The notes beneath the pieces are model-generated. The model made no database searches and was not told where the DNA came from. It saw only the letters and a program-made list of their open reading frames with translations. Shown here in pieces: positions 1-6,859 of a stretch of 24,000 nt of DNA (the first letter of the stretch is position 1; the number at the start of each line of letters is the position of its first letter). This DNA comes from Peterkaempfera bronchialis (GTDB lineage: Bacteria; Actinomycetota; Actinomycetes; Streptomycetales; Streptomycetaceae). The position numbers and the translations under genes are program-made. Location: contig NZ_CP031264.1 of assembly GCF_003258605.2 (NCBI RefSeq), forward strand, positions 5,858,232-5,882,231, read 5' to 3'.

Positions 1-1
1 C

Positions 2-106
2 GGCGCCGAGCTCAGACTGATCACCTGCGGCGGCACCGTCGGGGCGGACGGTCACTGGACCGACAACATCATCGTCTTCGCCGACCTCCTTCCGCCCCGG
101 CCGTAG
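2..106 (+). CDS. Sortase-family transpeptidase, C-terminal fragment (gene begins upstream of window)
   Basis: Frame 2 reads GAELRLITCGGTVGADGHWTDNIIVFADLLPPRP*, with stop TAG at 104-106. LRLITCGG resembles the TLxTC catalytic-Cys motif and the short tail of actinobacterial class E/F sortases. Only 34 codons are visible. Confidence 0.4.
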   Translation, partial: GAELRLITCGGTVGADGHWTDNIIVFADLLPPRP

Positions 107-126
107 GCTGCGAGGGGTTCCCCGCT

Positions 127-175
127 CGGCGACCCGCCCGGCGACCCGTCCGGCGAACCCGCCCGGCGACCGGCC
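127..175. repeat. Intergenic tandem repeat, ~12-bp unit CGGCGACCCGYC x4
   Basis: The units are cggcgacccgcc / cggcgacccgtc / cggcgaacccgcc / cggcgaccggcc, read directly from the sequence. They lie between the sortase stop and the lipoprotein start. Confidence 0.7.
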
Positions 176-192
176 CGCGCTCGTGGGCCGGA

Positions 193-226
193 CCCGCAGC
201 GTCCCGCGAGCGCCGGACGCTGCGGG
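193..226 (+). terminator. Strong hairpin (12-bp perfect stem) downstream of the sortase-like gene; terminator or attenuator
   Basis: cccgcagcgtcc (193-204) pairs perfectly with ggacgctgcggg (215-226) across a 10-nt loop. There is no U-tract, which is common for GC-rich actinobacterial terminators. Confidence 0.5.
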
Positions 227-280
227 CCGGTGAGGGCGTACACAAGCGCAGGACACAAGCGCGAGAGAGGCGACAGCACG

Positions 281-1135
281 GTGAGGACAGACGGCCGCAC
301 AGCCTGGCGGCGGATCACGGGCGCGGTGGCCCTCGCGATGGCGGGCGCGGTACTCGCGGTCGGCTGCGGTGCCCCGGGCCAACTGCACGACGGGGGCCGT
401 ACCCGGCCCGTGGCCGTGCGCCCGACCCCGCAGCCGCTCTGGCCGGCGGCCAAGGTCGCGGCCACGCCCACACCCCGGGCCCGGGGCGGGCTGTCGGCCC
501 CCTCGCCCATACCGGGCATCACGGTGGCCTCGGCCGACATCCGCACCGTGTCCGTCACCAAGCTGCTCGCCGGGGACCCGGCCCTGGAACGGGACGAGCG
601 GGCCGTGCTGCCGACCTGCCCCAACTGCGACCTGCTGCCGCCGCAGTACCGGGACCTGACGGGCGACGGCCGACCCGAACTCATCACCGCCCTGGTCACC
701 CCGGGCGACCGCGCGGTGCTGCATGTCTACACCCTGAAGGGGACGCAGATCGTACCCATCCTCAACCTCCCGGTGTCGCCAGGCTTCACCGCCGACACCG
801 TCGGCCGCGACCTGGTCGTCCAGGAGCCGACCACCGCGTCCATCGAGACCAGCAGCCGCTACCAGTGGGACGGCAGCCGACTCGCCTTCGCCGCCCGCCA
901 GATCAAGGCCACCGGGCCCGGCTCCGCAGTGGACGCCCTGGCCTGCATCCCCGGCGTCGCCGACGGCACGGGGGCCGACGCCGAGCCCAGCGCCGTGCCC
1001 AGCCCGGCGCCGGTCCGGATGCCGCCCCCGACGGCGGCACCGGAACTGCACCCGGCCTCGCCCGTGCAGCGCGGCCGGGCGGCGCAGCCCGTGCCGTCGG
1101 CCGCTCCGGGCCGGGACGGCGGGGTGGCACGATGA
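281..1135 (+). CDS. Secreted lipoprotein with Pro/Ala-rich C-terminus; first gene of the two-component operon (CseA-like position)
   Basis: GTG at 281 is preceded by gagagagg. The N-terminus VRTDGRTAWRRITGAVALAMAGAVLAVGCG is a signal peptide with lipobox LAVGC. The stop overlaps the response-regulator ATG (ATGA at 1132-1135). The start could instead be GTG 230. Confidence 0.6.
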   Translation: MRTDGRTAWRRITGAVALAMAGAVLAVGCGAPGQLHDGGRTRPVAVRPTPQPLWPAAKVAATPTPRARGGLSAPSPIPGITVASADIRTVSVTKLLAGDPALERDERAVLPTCPNCDLLPPQYRDLTGDGRPELITALVTPGDRAVLHVYTLKGTQIVPILNLPVSPGFTADTVGRDLVVQEPTTASIETSSRYQWDGSRLAFAARQIKATGPGSAVDALACIPGVADGTGADAEPSAVPSPAPVRMPPPTAAPELHPASPVQRGRAAQPVPSAAPGRDGGVAR

Positions 1136-1959
1136 CCGGCGCCCGACCCGACCCGCCGCGCATCCTGCTGGTGGAGGACGACGAGGTGATCCGCGAGGCC
1201 ACCCGCATGGCCCTGGAACGCTATGGATTCCCCGTCACCACGGCGGGCGACGGCCTGGAGGGGCTGGAGCGCTTCCGGGCCGACCGGCCCGATGTGCTGC
1301 TGCTGGACGTGATGCTGCCGCTGCTGGACGGCGTGGGCCTGTGCCGCCGCATCCGGGAGGAGAGCCAACTGCCCATCCTGATGATGTCGGCCCGCACCGA
1401 ATCGGTCGACGTGGTCTCCGGGCTGGAGGCCGGGGCGGACGACTACATCGTCAAGCCCTTCGAGAGCGCCGTCCTGGTGGCGCGGATCCGCACCGTGCTG
1501 CGCCGCACCCGCGCCGTCGCCGCGCCCCCGCCCGGCGCGGTGGACCCGGCCGGGATATCCGGGACACCCGAGTCGCCCGGGTCACCCGCGTCCCCGGGTA
1601 CGGCCGTCGAACCGGCGGCGGCTGCGGAACCGGCGGCGGCCGCCGAACCGGCGGGCGGACCGCCGGGCAGGGTGCGGCTCATCGCCGGGCTGGAGGTCGA
1701 CACCGAGGGCATGGAGGTCAAGGCCGACGGCCGCCGGGTGCCCCTCACCCCCACCGAGTTCCGGCTGCTGCTGGAGTTCACCGCCGCCCCCGGCGTGGTG
1801 CTGGAGCGCCAGACCCTGCTGGAGCGGGTCTGGGACTACGCCTGGGGCGCCGACAGCCGGGTCGTGGACGTCCATGTGCAGCGGCTGCGGGCGAAGATCG
1901 GCGCCGACCGGATCGAGACCATCCGGGGCTTCGGCTACAAGCTGCGGCGCCCCCGATGA
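1132..1959 (+). CDS. OmpR/PhoB-family response regulator (CseB-like) with an unusually long Pro/Ala/Gly/Ser linker
   Basis: The receiver domain reads RILLVEDDEVIREA...DVLLLDVMLP...KPF. The winged-helix domain reads LTPTEFRLLLEF...RVWDYAWGADSRVVDVHVQRLRAKIG..IETIRGFGYKL, which from memory is very close to S. coelicolor CseB. The part of track ORF 865..1959 upstream of 1132 is Arg/Gly-rich junk. ATG 1132 forms ATGA with the upstream stop. Confidence 0.9.
   Translation: MTGARPDPPRILLVEDDEVIREATRMALERYGFPVTTAGDGLEGLERFRADRPDVLLLDVMLPLLDGVGLCRRIREESQLPILMMSARTESVDVVSGLEAGADDYIVKPFESAVLVARIRTVLRRTRAVAAPPPGAVDPAGISGTPESPGSPASPGTAVEPAAAAEPAAAAEPAGGPPGRVRLIAGLEVDTEGMEVKADGRRVPLTPTEFRLLLEFTAAPGVVLERQTLLERVWDYAWGADSRVVDVHVQRLRAKIGADRIETIRGFGYKLRRPR
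1609..1662 (+). repeat. In-frame 18-bp tandem repeat x3 (EPAAAA-EPAAAA-EPAGGP) in the response-regulator linker
   Basis: The units are gaaccggcggcggctgcg / gaaccggcggcggccgcc / gaaccggcgggcggaccg, read directly from the sequence. Confidence 0.8.
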
Positions 1960-3191
1960 CGCTGCGCCGCCAGATCGCCGCCACCGTCGCCGTGGTCTCC
2001 TGCCTGGTCGCGCTCACCGTCGGCCTGCTGGTCCACCGGGCCTCCGTCCGCCAGCACACCGACCAGGCGCGCAAGGCAGCGGAGACCGCCCTGACCGCGA
2101 TGCTCGACCTGTACGACCGCACCGGCGACCTGGCCGGCTGGAACAGCGCCCAGGACTCCGCCGACCTGCCGGACCCGCTGCGCCGACTGGCGCAGCGCGG
2201 CCACCGGGGATCGATGCTCGGCCCGGGCCCGAACGGCACCGCGATGTGGGCCGCCGCCGGGACCGGGGGCAAGGTGCTCTCGGTCCGCGTGGACTACGCC
2301 GACGACGAACGGGCCATCGCCGACCTGGACCGGGCCATCCTGGTCGCCGTCGCGGCCTCCGTCTTCGTCACCGTGCTCGCCGGAATCCTCGTCGCCGACC
2401 GGATCAGCAGCCGGCTGCGCACCGCCGCCCGCAGCGCCCGCACCATCGCCGGCGGCGACTTCACCGCCCGCATCGGACCGCTGGGGCGCACCCGCGACGA
2501 GGTCACCGAACTCGCGGCCGCCGTCGACTCCATGTCGGCCGCGCTGCACCGCAGACTGCGGAACGAGCAGCGCTTCACCGCCGATGTCGCCCATGAACTG
2601 CGCACCCCGCTCACCGGGCTGGTGACCGCAGCCGAACTGCTGCCCCCGGGACGGCCCACCCAGCTGGTGCGCGACCGGGTACGCGCCCTGCACCGCCTCG
2701 TCGAGGACCTGCTGGAGGTCTCCCGGCTGGACGCCCACGCGGTGGCGCCCGACCTGGCGGACGTACGGCTGGGCGAGACGGTGCGGCGGATCGTCGGCGC
2801 CACCGGCCTGGACGTCGAGCTGCGGATCGTCTCCGACACCGTCGTCACCACCGATCCACGCCGGCTCGACCGGGTGGTCTCCAACCTGGTGGTCAATGCG
2901 CACCGGCATGGCGCACCGCCCGTAGAGGTGGTCGTGGAGGCCGCCGCCGCAGGCCCGGTGATCACCGTGCGCGACCACGGGCCGGGCTATCCGGAACCGC
3001 TGCTGCGCGACGGACCGCAGCGGTTCCGCACCGGCGCCGAGGCACGTGGTCGCGGCCACGGGCTGGGCCTGACGATCGCCGAGGGCCACGCCGCTGCACT
3101 GGGAGTGGGGATGGAGTACGCCAATGCACCGGGCGGCGGCGCCCGTACGGTGCTGCGACTTCCTCGGCAGCCGGGCCCATCGGCGCCCTGA
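1956..3191 (+). CDS. Sensor histidine kinase (TM-sensor-TM, HAMP, HisKA, HATPase_c; CseC-like)
   Basis: ATG 1956 overlaps the regulator stop (ATGA). The N-terminal TM segment is IAATVAVVSCLVALTVGLLV and a second TM segment is ILVAVAASVFVTVLAGILVA. The H-box is FTADVAHELRTPLTGL, the N-box is NLVVNAHRHG, G1 is VRDHGPGY and G2 is GHGLGLTIA. Confidence 0.9.
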   Translation: MTLRRQIAATVAVVSCLVALTVGLLVHRASVRQHTDQARKAAETALTAMLDLYDRTGDLAGWNSAQDSADLPDPLRRLAQRGHRGSMLGPGPNGTAMWAAAGTGGKVLSVRVDYADDERAIADLDRAILVAVAASVFVTVLAGILVADRISSRLRTAARSARTIAGGDFTARIGPLGRTRDEVTELAAAVDSMSAALHRRLRNEQRFTADVAHELRTPLTGLVTAAELLPPGRPTQLVRDRVRALHRLVEDLLEVSRLDAHAVAPDLADVRLGETVRRIVGATGLDVELRIVSDTVVTTDPRRLDRVVSNLVVNAHRHGAPPVEVVVEAAAAGPVITVRDHGPGYPEPLLRDGPQRFRTGAEARGRGHGLGLTIAEGHAAALGVGMEYANAPGGGARTVLRLPRQPGPSAP

Positions 3192-3739
3192 GCGGACCTC
3201 TCTCCTCCGATGGCGTGAATCTGCTTCGGCGACAGTAGACATGCGGGCTCCCCCTGGCTAAGGTTTCTCGTGTAGCCAAGCAAGTCAGCGATACGCGGCA
3301 GACACGAACTGGCGCGTGCGGTGTGCGGTACGGCAGTGGAACCCCGGGGCCGGGAAGTAGTCGAAGGCGCCGGAGTTGGCTGCCGGACCGGGCGGCCCTC
3401 GGGGTCGCCATCCAGCACCGCAGGAGTTCAGCAGTGCCCGTCCACAGCAGTGACAAGTAAGGAGAGGAGAGCACGCCATCAGGATCGCCCGCCCCGCGGC
3501 GACAGCCCGGGCGGGTACCGCAGGCCCCGGATTGGAAGGTGGTCCCCGGTCACGCATCCGCGATCCCCGCATCCCCGCCCCAAGAGGCGGCCGTGCGGAC
3601 AGAAGGCCGACGGTCTCCGTCGGTAGATGGTGTTGAACCCCTCGGGGCCCCGGTGCTGTACGGCATCGGGGCCCCCTCGACGCGTCCGCATCCCCACGTC
3701 CAGATCCCCATCGTCCAGATCCCGACCCCAAGAGGTTGA

Positions 3740-4075
3740 ATGACCCCCGATACCCGCCCCAACCCGGCCGACCGACTCGATGACGACGACTACCCCGCCT
3801 ACACCATGGGCCGCGCCGCAGAGATCACCGGCACCACCCCGGCCTTCCTGAGGAGCCTCGGCGAAGCCCGCCTGATCACCCCGCTGCGCTCGGACGGCGG
3901 CCACCGCCGCTACTCCCGCTACCAGCTGCGCATCGCCGCCCGTGCCCGCGAACTGGTCGACCAGGGCACCCCCGTCGAGGCCGCCTGCCGGATCATCATC
4001 CTGGAAGACCAACTCGAAGAGGCCCTGCGGCTCAACGAGGAACTACGCCGCCGCCCTGCCGACGACCCTCACTAG
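3740..4075 (+). CDS. Small MerR-family (HspR-like) transcriptional regulator
   Basis: The HTH is YTMGRAAEITGTTPAFLRSLGEARLITPLRSDGGHRRYSRYQL, followed by a coiled-coil tail ILEDQLEEALRLNEELRR. AAGAGG lies 4 nt upstream of the ATG. GC3 is high from codon 1. Confidence 0.8.
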   Translation: MTPDTRPNPADRLDDDDYPAYTMGRAAEITGTTPAFLRSLGEARLITPLRSDGGHRRYSRYQLRIAARARELVDQGTPVEAACRIIILEDQLEEALRLNEELRRRPADDPH

Positions 4076-5022
4076 CCGATCTTCTTGGGAGGGCCCATTC
4101 GCCCCACCCGGACCGCCCCCGGCGTCGTGGCTCCCGAGCGGGCGGCAGTGAGGATCAGGCGGGTGACGGCCTCGGGGCGGGCGATCATCGCGAGGTGCGG
4201 GGAGTCGACCTCGATGGTGTGCGAGTGGGCCCGCCGGGCCTCGAAGCGCTCAAGGGCCGGGGCGATGGTCCTGTCCCGGGTGGCGACCAGGGTCCAGGAG
4301 GGGATGGTCTTCCAGGCGGCGGGACCGGCCTTGTCGGCGAACGCCGAGGCGCTGATCGGGCGTTGAGTGGCCGCCAGTACGGCCGTGGTGACCGCCGGAA
4401 TACCGGCGGCGAACACTGCTCGGAACCTGTCGGGCCTGATGGAGAGTTGGGTGGCGGTGGTTCCGTCGGGCTTGGTGAACGGTGTCGAGGTGAGGGCCGC
4501 GTTGAGTTGGCTGCCGGGGAACTTGGCGGACAGGACCGAGAGCACCTCACCCTCGTCGGGGACCAGGGCGGCGATGTAGACCAGCGCTTTGACCTGGGTG
4601 TTGCCGAACGCGGCGTTGCTGATCACCGCGCCGCCGTAGGAGTGGCCGACCAGGACGATCGGGCCTCGGATGGTCCGCAGGACGCTGGCGATGTACGCCG
4701 AGTCCCCGGGCAGGCCCCGCAGCGGGTTGGCGGGGGCGATGACGTGATAGCCGTCCCGCTGGAGGCGCCGGATGACCGCGTCCCAGCTGGACCCGTCGGC
4801 GAAGGCGCCGTGCACCAGCACCACCGTGGGCTTGGCGGCTGCGGCTGCGGCTGCGGTTCCGGTTCGGGCTGCGGTTCGGGCTGCGGCTCCGGCTGCGGCG
4901 GGGGAGGCGGTGGCGGCGGCGCCGGCGGTGGTGGCGGCCAACGCGGTTGCCGTGAGCACGGCGGCGAGCACAGAGGCGCGACGAGGACGCGGACGTATGT
5001 CAGCGGTGGTCGGCATGGCCAT
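4072..5022 (-). CDS. Secreted alpha/beta-fold hydrolase (possible Tat signal)
   Basis: ATG 5022 is preceded by gaaggagag. The N-terminus is MAMPTTADIRPRPRRASVLAAVLTATALA. The core reads VVLVHGAF...LVGHSYGG (GxSxG nucleophile elbow). The longer track ORF upstream of 5022 is junk. Confidence 0.8.
   Translation of the reverse strand: MAMPTTADIRPRPRRASVLAAVLTATALAATTAGAAATASPAAAGAAARTAARTGTAAAAAAAKPTVVLVHGAFADGSSWDAVIRRLQRDGYHVIAPANPLRGLPGDSAYIASVLRTIRGPIVLVGHSYGGAVISNAAFGNTQVKALVYIAALVPDEGEVLSVLSAKFPGSQLNAALTSTPFTKPDGTTATQLSIRPDRFRAVFAAGIPAVTTAVLAATQRPISASAFADKAGPAAWKTIPSWTLVATRDRTIAPALERFEARRAHSHTIEVDSPHLAMIARPEAVTRLILTAARSGATTPGAVRVGRMGPPKKIG
4837..4896. repeat. GGYTSC hexamer run (~10 units) encoding an Ala/Thr/Arg/Gly low-complexity spacer after the hydrolase signal peptide
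   Basis: The run ggctgc ggctgc ggctgc ggttcc ggttcg ggctgc ggttcg ggctgc ggctcc ggctgc is read directly. On the minus strand it encodes AAAGAAARTAARTGTAAAAAAA. Confidence 0.7.
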
Positions 5023-5137
5023 GTGGTCTCTCCTTCGAACGCCTGGTCGACCGTACGACCAGCGTTGCGGACGCCCGCCGACCGGGCGCGCGCAGCGGAC
5101 CACGCGGGTGAACCGGGTCCGCCGCCCGACCAGGAGT

Positions 5138-6022
5138 TCAGCGCGGCCCGCCCCCGTCGGTACGGGCCTCGATGGCGTGCAGCACCGCCACCATGTCGGA
5201 CCCGCCGTACCCCAACGCCACGGTCTCGCCGAAGAGGGCGTGGCAGACATCCAGCAGCGGCGATGCCAGGTCGGACGCCCTGGCGGCCTCGGCGATCAGC
5301 CGGTTGTTCTTGAGGACGTCCAGGGCGGCGGCCTGGACGGCGAAGTCGCGGGTCAGCAGCTTGGGGGCCTTCATTCGGGACACGCTGCTCGCCATCGGGC
5401 CGGCGTCGAGCACCGCCAGGAACTGCTGCCGGTCCAGGCCGTGCCGATCGGCGAAGTGGAACGCCTCGGTGAGGCCGGTGACCATGGTGATCAGAAACAG
5501 GTTCACCGAGAGCTTCATCAGCAGCGCGCTCGGGACCGGTCCGCAGCCGAACGCCTCCCGGCACATCGGCCGGAGCAGCGGGCGGACCGCCTCCACCGCC
5601 GTCTGCGCTCCGGCCAGCATCGCCACCAGCTGTCCGGCCTCCGCGGGCTTGCGCGAGCCGGAGACGGGAGCCTCGACATAGCTGCCGCCGGCCGCGTGGA
5701 TGTCGGCTTCGAGCCCGCGTGAGTAGTCGGGCGAGGTCGTCCCCATGTGGACGATCGTGTGCTGTGCGACCAGGGCGGCGAAGTCCGGTGTGCCACGGCC
5801 CAGGGCGGAGTCGATCGCGGCGCCGTCGGCCAGCATGAGGATCACGACGCGGGCCTGCTTGAAGACCTCGGCGGGAGTCGCCGCCACCGTGGCACCGGCC
5901 GCACGCAGCGGCTCGCACTTGGCGGCGGTGCGGTTCCAGACGACCAGCGCAGTCCCGGACCGGGCCAGATTGAGGGCCATGGGCTGCCCCATGACGCCAA
6001 GGCCCAGGAAACCCACATCCAC
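5138..6022 (-). CDS. NAD(P)-dependent beta-hydroxyacid dehydrogenase (3-hydroxyisobutyrate / 6-phosphogluconate dehydrogenase-like family)
   Basis: The N-terminal Rossmann motif is [19 protein letters not shown], and the family motif VEAPVSGS is present further in. The GTG 6022 start has agaggg upstream. ATG 6061 is an alternative start but lies inside the predicted operator. Confidence 0.8.
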   Translation of the reverse strand: MDVGFLGLGVMGQPMALNLARSGTALVVWNRTAAKCEPLRAAGATVAATPAEVFKQARVVILMLADGAAIDSALGRGTPDFAALVAQHTIVHMGTTSPDYSRGLEADIHAAGGSYVEAPVSGSRKPAEAGQLVAMLAGAQTAVEAVRPLLRPMCREAFGCGPVPSALLMKLSVNLFLITMVTGLTEAFHFADRHGLDRQQFLAVLDAGPMASSVSRMKAPKLLTRDFAVQAAALDVLKNNRLIAEAARASDLASPLLDVCHALFGETVALGYGGSDMVAVLHAIEARTDGGGPR

Positions 6023-6046
6023 TGCGCACCGCCCTCTGCTCTGGTC

Positions 6047-6062
6047 TATGACGCTCGTCATA
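6047..6062. promoter_or_regulatory. Palindromic operator candidate 1 (TATGACG-CT-CGTCATA)
   Basis: This is a perfect 7+7 inverted repeat in the AT-richer divergent region between the dehydrogenase and the TetR gene. Confidence 0.5.
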
Positions 6063-6073
6063 ATAGTGATCCC

Positions 6074-6089
6074 CATGACGGCCGTCATA
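6074..6089. promoter_or_regulatory. Palindromic operator candidate 2 (cATGACG-GC-CGTCATa)
   Basis: The core ATGACGGCCGTCAT is a perfect 14-bp palindrome with the same half-site as candidate 1. The two centres are 27 bp apart. Confidence 0.5.
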
Positions 6090-6176
6090 GTGGGTCTGTG
6101 TGCGTCGTCTATAAGCTGGCCCGGCCTGCGGGGGAGACGACCGTTCCCCCGCCCGTCAGTCGGTTGGAGGTCGGCG

Positions 6177-6818
6177 ATGGCGGTTTCCGAGCGGGGGCCG
6201 CGCGAGCGGATGGTGTTCAGCGCGGCGCAGCTCATCCGGCGCGACGGGGTCGCCGCGACGGGCATGCGTGATGTCGTCGCCCATGCGCAGGCGCCGCGCG
6301 GATCGCTCCAGCACTACTTCCCCGGCGGCAAGGAGCAGCTTGTCAACGAGGCCGTGGACTGGGCCGGCCGCTATGCCGCCAAGCGCGTCGGCCGCTTCCT
6401 CGCCGAGCTGTCCGAGCCGTCCGAGCTGTCCGAGCTGTCCGAGCTGTCCGAGCCGTCCGAGCCGTCGCCGAGCGGGCTCTTCGCCGCGATGGTGCGGCAG
6501 TGGACCGATGAGTTCGAGGCGGTCGGGTTCGCGTCGGGTTGCCCTGTTGCGGCGGCGACGGTGGATTGCGCGGAGTCCACCGCCTCCACCAGAGCCGCTG
6601 CCGCAGCCGCGTTCGCCCGCTGGAACCGGCCGGTGGCCGAGGCGCTGAGGGAGATGGGCGTCCCGGCCCAGCGGGCCGACGCGCTCGCGACGCTGATGAT
6701 CAGCGCATTGGAGGGAGCGATCCTGATCGCCAGATCCGAGCAGGACGTCCGCGCCCTCACCACCGTGGCACGGGAACTCGGGCCCCTCCTGGACGGCGCT
6801 GTCACCCGAGGGGACTGA
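6177..6818 (+). CDS. TetR-family transcriptional regulator
   Basis: ATG 6177 is preceded by ggagg 6 nt upstream. The N-terminal HTH is [45 protein letters not shown]. It is divergent from the dehydrogenase. Confidence 0.85.
   Translation: MAVSERGPRERMVFSAAQLIRRDGVAATGMRDVVAHAQAPRGSLQHYFPGGKEQLVNEAVDWAGRYAAKRVGRFLAELSEPSELSELSELSEPSEPSPSGLFAAMVRQWTDEFEAVGFASGCPVAAATVDCAESTASTRAAAAAAFARWNRPVAEALREMGVPAQRADALATLMISALEGAILIARSEQDVRALTTVARELGPLLDGAVTRGD
6402..6473 (+). repeat. In-frame 9-bp tandem repeat (TCCGAGCYG, 6 clean units plus degenerate flanks) inside the TetR gene
   Basis: It encodes [24 protein letters not shown], read directly from the sequence. Confidence 0.85.
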
Positions 6819-6859
6819 CGCGGCAGGCGGGGCCCGCCGTGCGGCGGAGGCGTACGGCC

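Noticed and set aside
865-1955. N-terminal extensions of the track ORFs for the response regulator (865-1131) and the kinase (1341-1955).
   Set aside because: The extensions are Arg/Gly/Pro junk that overlaps the upstream genes. Internal ATGs at 1132 and 1956 form ATGA overlaps with the preceding stops and give canonical domain starts.
3290-3480. Known riboswitch or RNA families (cobalamin, SAM, TPP, glycine, ZTP, RNase P, tmRNA, SRP, 6C) in the large gap upstream of merR.
   Set aside because: None of the signature boxes I know is present in the right orientation. For example, there is no GCCACTG B12 box on the plus strand, no GGAAAGTCCGG and no CTGAGA...ACCTGA. The region is reported only as unexplained.
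3421-5142. A shared 12-mer, caggagttcagc, with similar flanks at 3421-3432 and 5131-5142.
   Set aside because: By rough estimate, a handful or more of repeated 12-mers are expected by chance in 24 kb of compositionally biased DNA. There is no extended similarity or symmetric context.
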